DNA of 63,957 bases, counting the filler, from Squatina squatina (Eukaryota), in NCBI GenBank assembly GCA_031763465.1. It is 4 parts of 2 records of this genome, joined end to end, with 100 filler letters (N's around TTAATTAATTAA, not from the genome) between each part and the next. Parts side by side here need not be neighbours in the genome. Positions count along the whole stretch, not along the records: positions 51,102 to 63,957 come from JARFOE010000046.1; 3 more parts are not named here. One strand, 5' to 3'. The translations under genes were made by a program, and so were the position numbers. Positions within the stretch are counted from its first letter, which is position 1. The number at the start of each line of letters is the position of its first letter. Of this stretch, positions 63,253-63,957 are shown piece by piece. Under the pieces are notes generated by a model, which had not been told where the DNA came from, made no database searches, and was given only the letters and a program-made list of their open reading frames with translations.

Positions 63253-63957
63253 CTGAAGCAAACAAAGGTTTAAAAATAAATTACCTTGCATCACTTCTCG
63301 CTATCTTTTCTTTGCTGAAGTTATTGCAGACAAGATTTAGTGAGAAAATATACTGGATAACCGTTCTGGATCTGTTCCAATATGAGACAGTGCCTGAGTC
63401 TTTGAGGTTTTCAGTTGCTAAACCAGCAGACGTATGTAATATTATACCCCAGCCTTTAAGCCGCTCTGATTTGCAGTGCCTCAGCCCACAGAAGTGTAGT
63501 TAAATGGATTATTAGAAGCATCAACCAAAGTCTTATTATAATTATTATTGAAACAAGATGTTTGGAGAAGCTCATATCTGTGGTGTATGCAATAATGTGC
63601 GCTCTAATGAGATCAGTCTATATGCAAAGAATTAGGGCAGTTGGTACGTAGGAAGTCACATCAATGATGCCATTGTTTGTTAATTTTGTAACAGTGCCAA
63701 TTGTAGGACGTGCCTGAACAGATGTGAGGTATGCTGCTCACTGCAGCAGAGATCATTTTCAACTGTATCTTGGAGGATCTAATGGTGTAGGCGAGTAGTA
63801 CTGCCAGAAGTTCCGAAGTGTTGATGTTGACCACTGTTTATTCATCACCAGCAGTGTCAGGCCATGAGGGTCCATCATACAAGTCCTCAACTCTTAAATA
63901 CTGATATGATTAATTGGCACCCAGCCTCTCGTATCTAAAGTTCCTTTTATTCCCTTA

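Noticed and set aside
63680-63957. Possible additional FAT2 exon
   Set aside because: No cadherin motifs or sustained open frame found on the minus strand.

Overview
Fragmented vertebrate genomic DNA, most likely from a cartilaginous fish. This is inferred from SacSINE1/DeuSINE-like SINEs, shark-type CR1/L2/RTE LINEs, and ENaC-beta occurring with a Mel1d-type melatonin receptor. The window is not one locus: three artificial N44-TTAATTAATTAA-N44 linkers (22570-22669, 36695-36794, 51002-51101) join four blocks, each made of short contigs mostly separated by 100-N gaps, so genes appear only as scattered exons. Block 1 has DBN1 coding exon 1 (-), preceded by a tandem AACAAAG/GC-box array, and a ZNF346 exon (+). 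Block 2 has coding exons 1-2 of a PPP3CA-like calcineurin A. Block 3 resembles human 16p12, with ERN2 (3 exons), UBFD1, COG7 and SCNN1B, plus two unexpected UPF1 exons. Block 4 is SLC36A1 (+), MTNR1A-like/Mel1d (-) and FAT2 (-). The best leads are the Mel1d receptor (with a GC-AG intron and an ATG-TGA just upstream of its start), UPF1 in non-mammalian synteny, a possible fourth calcineurin-A ohnolog, a LINE with a tRNA-derived 5' head, and the repeat-built DBN1 promoter. All gene identities come from recalled protein sequences; no database searches were run.
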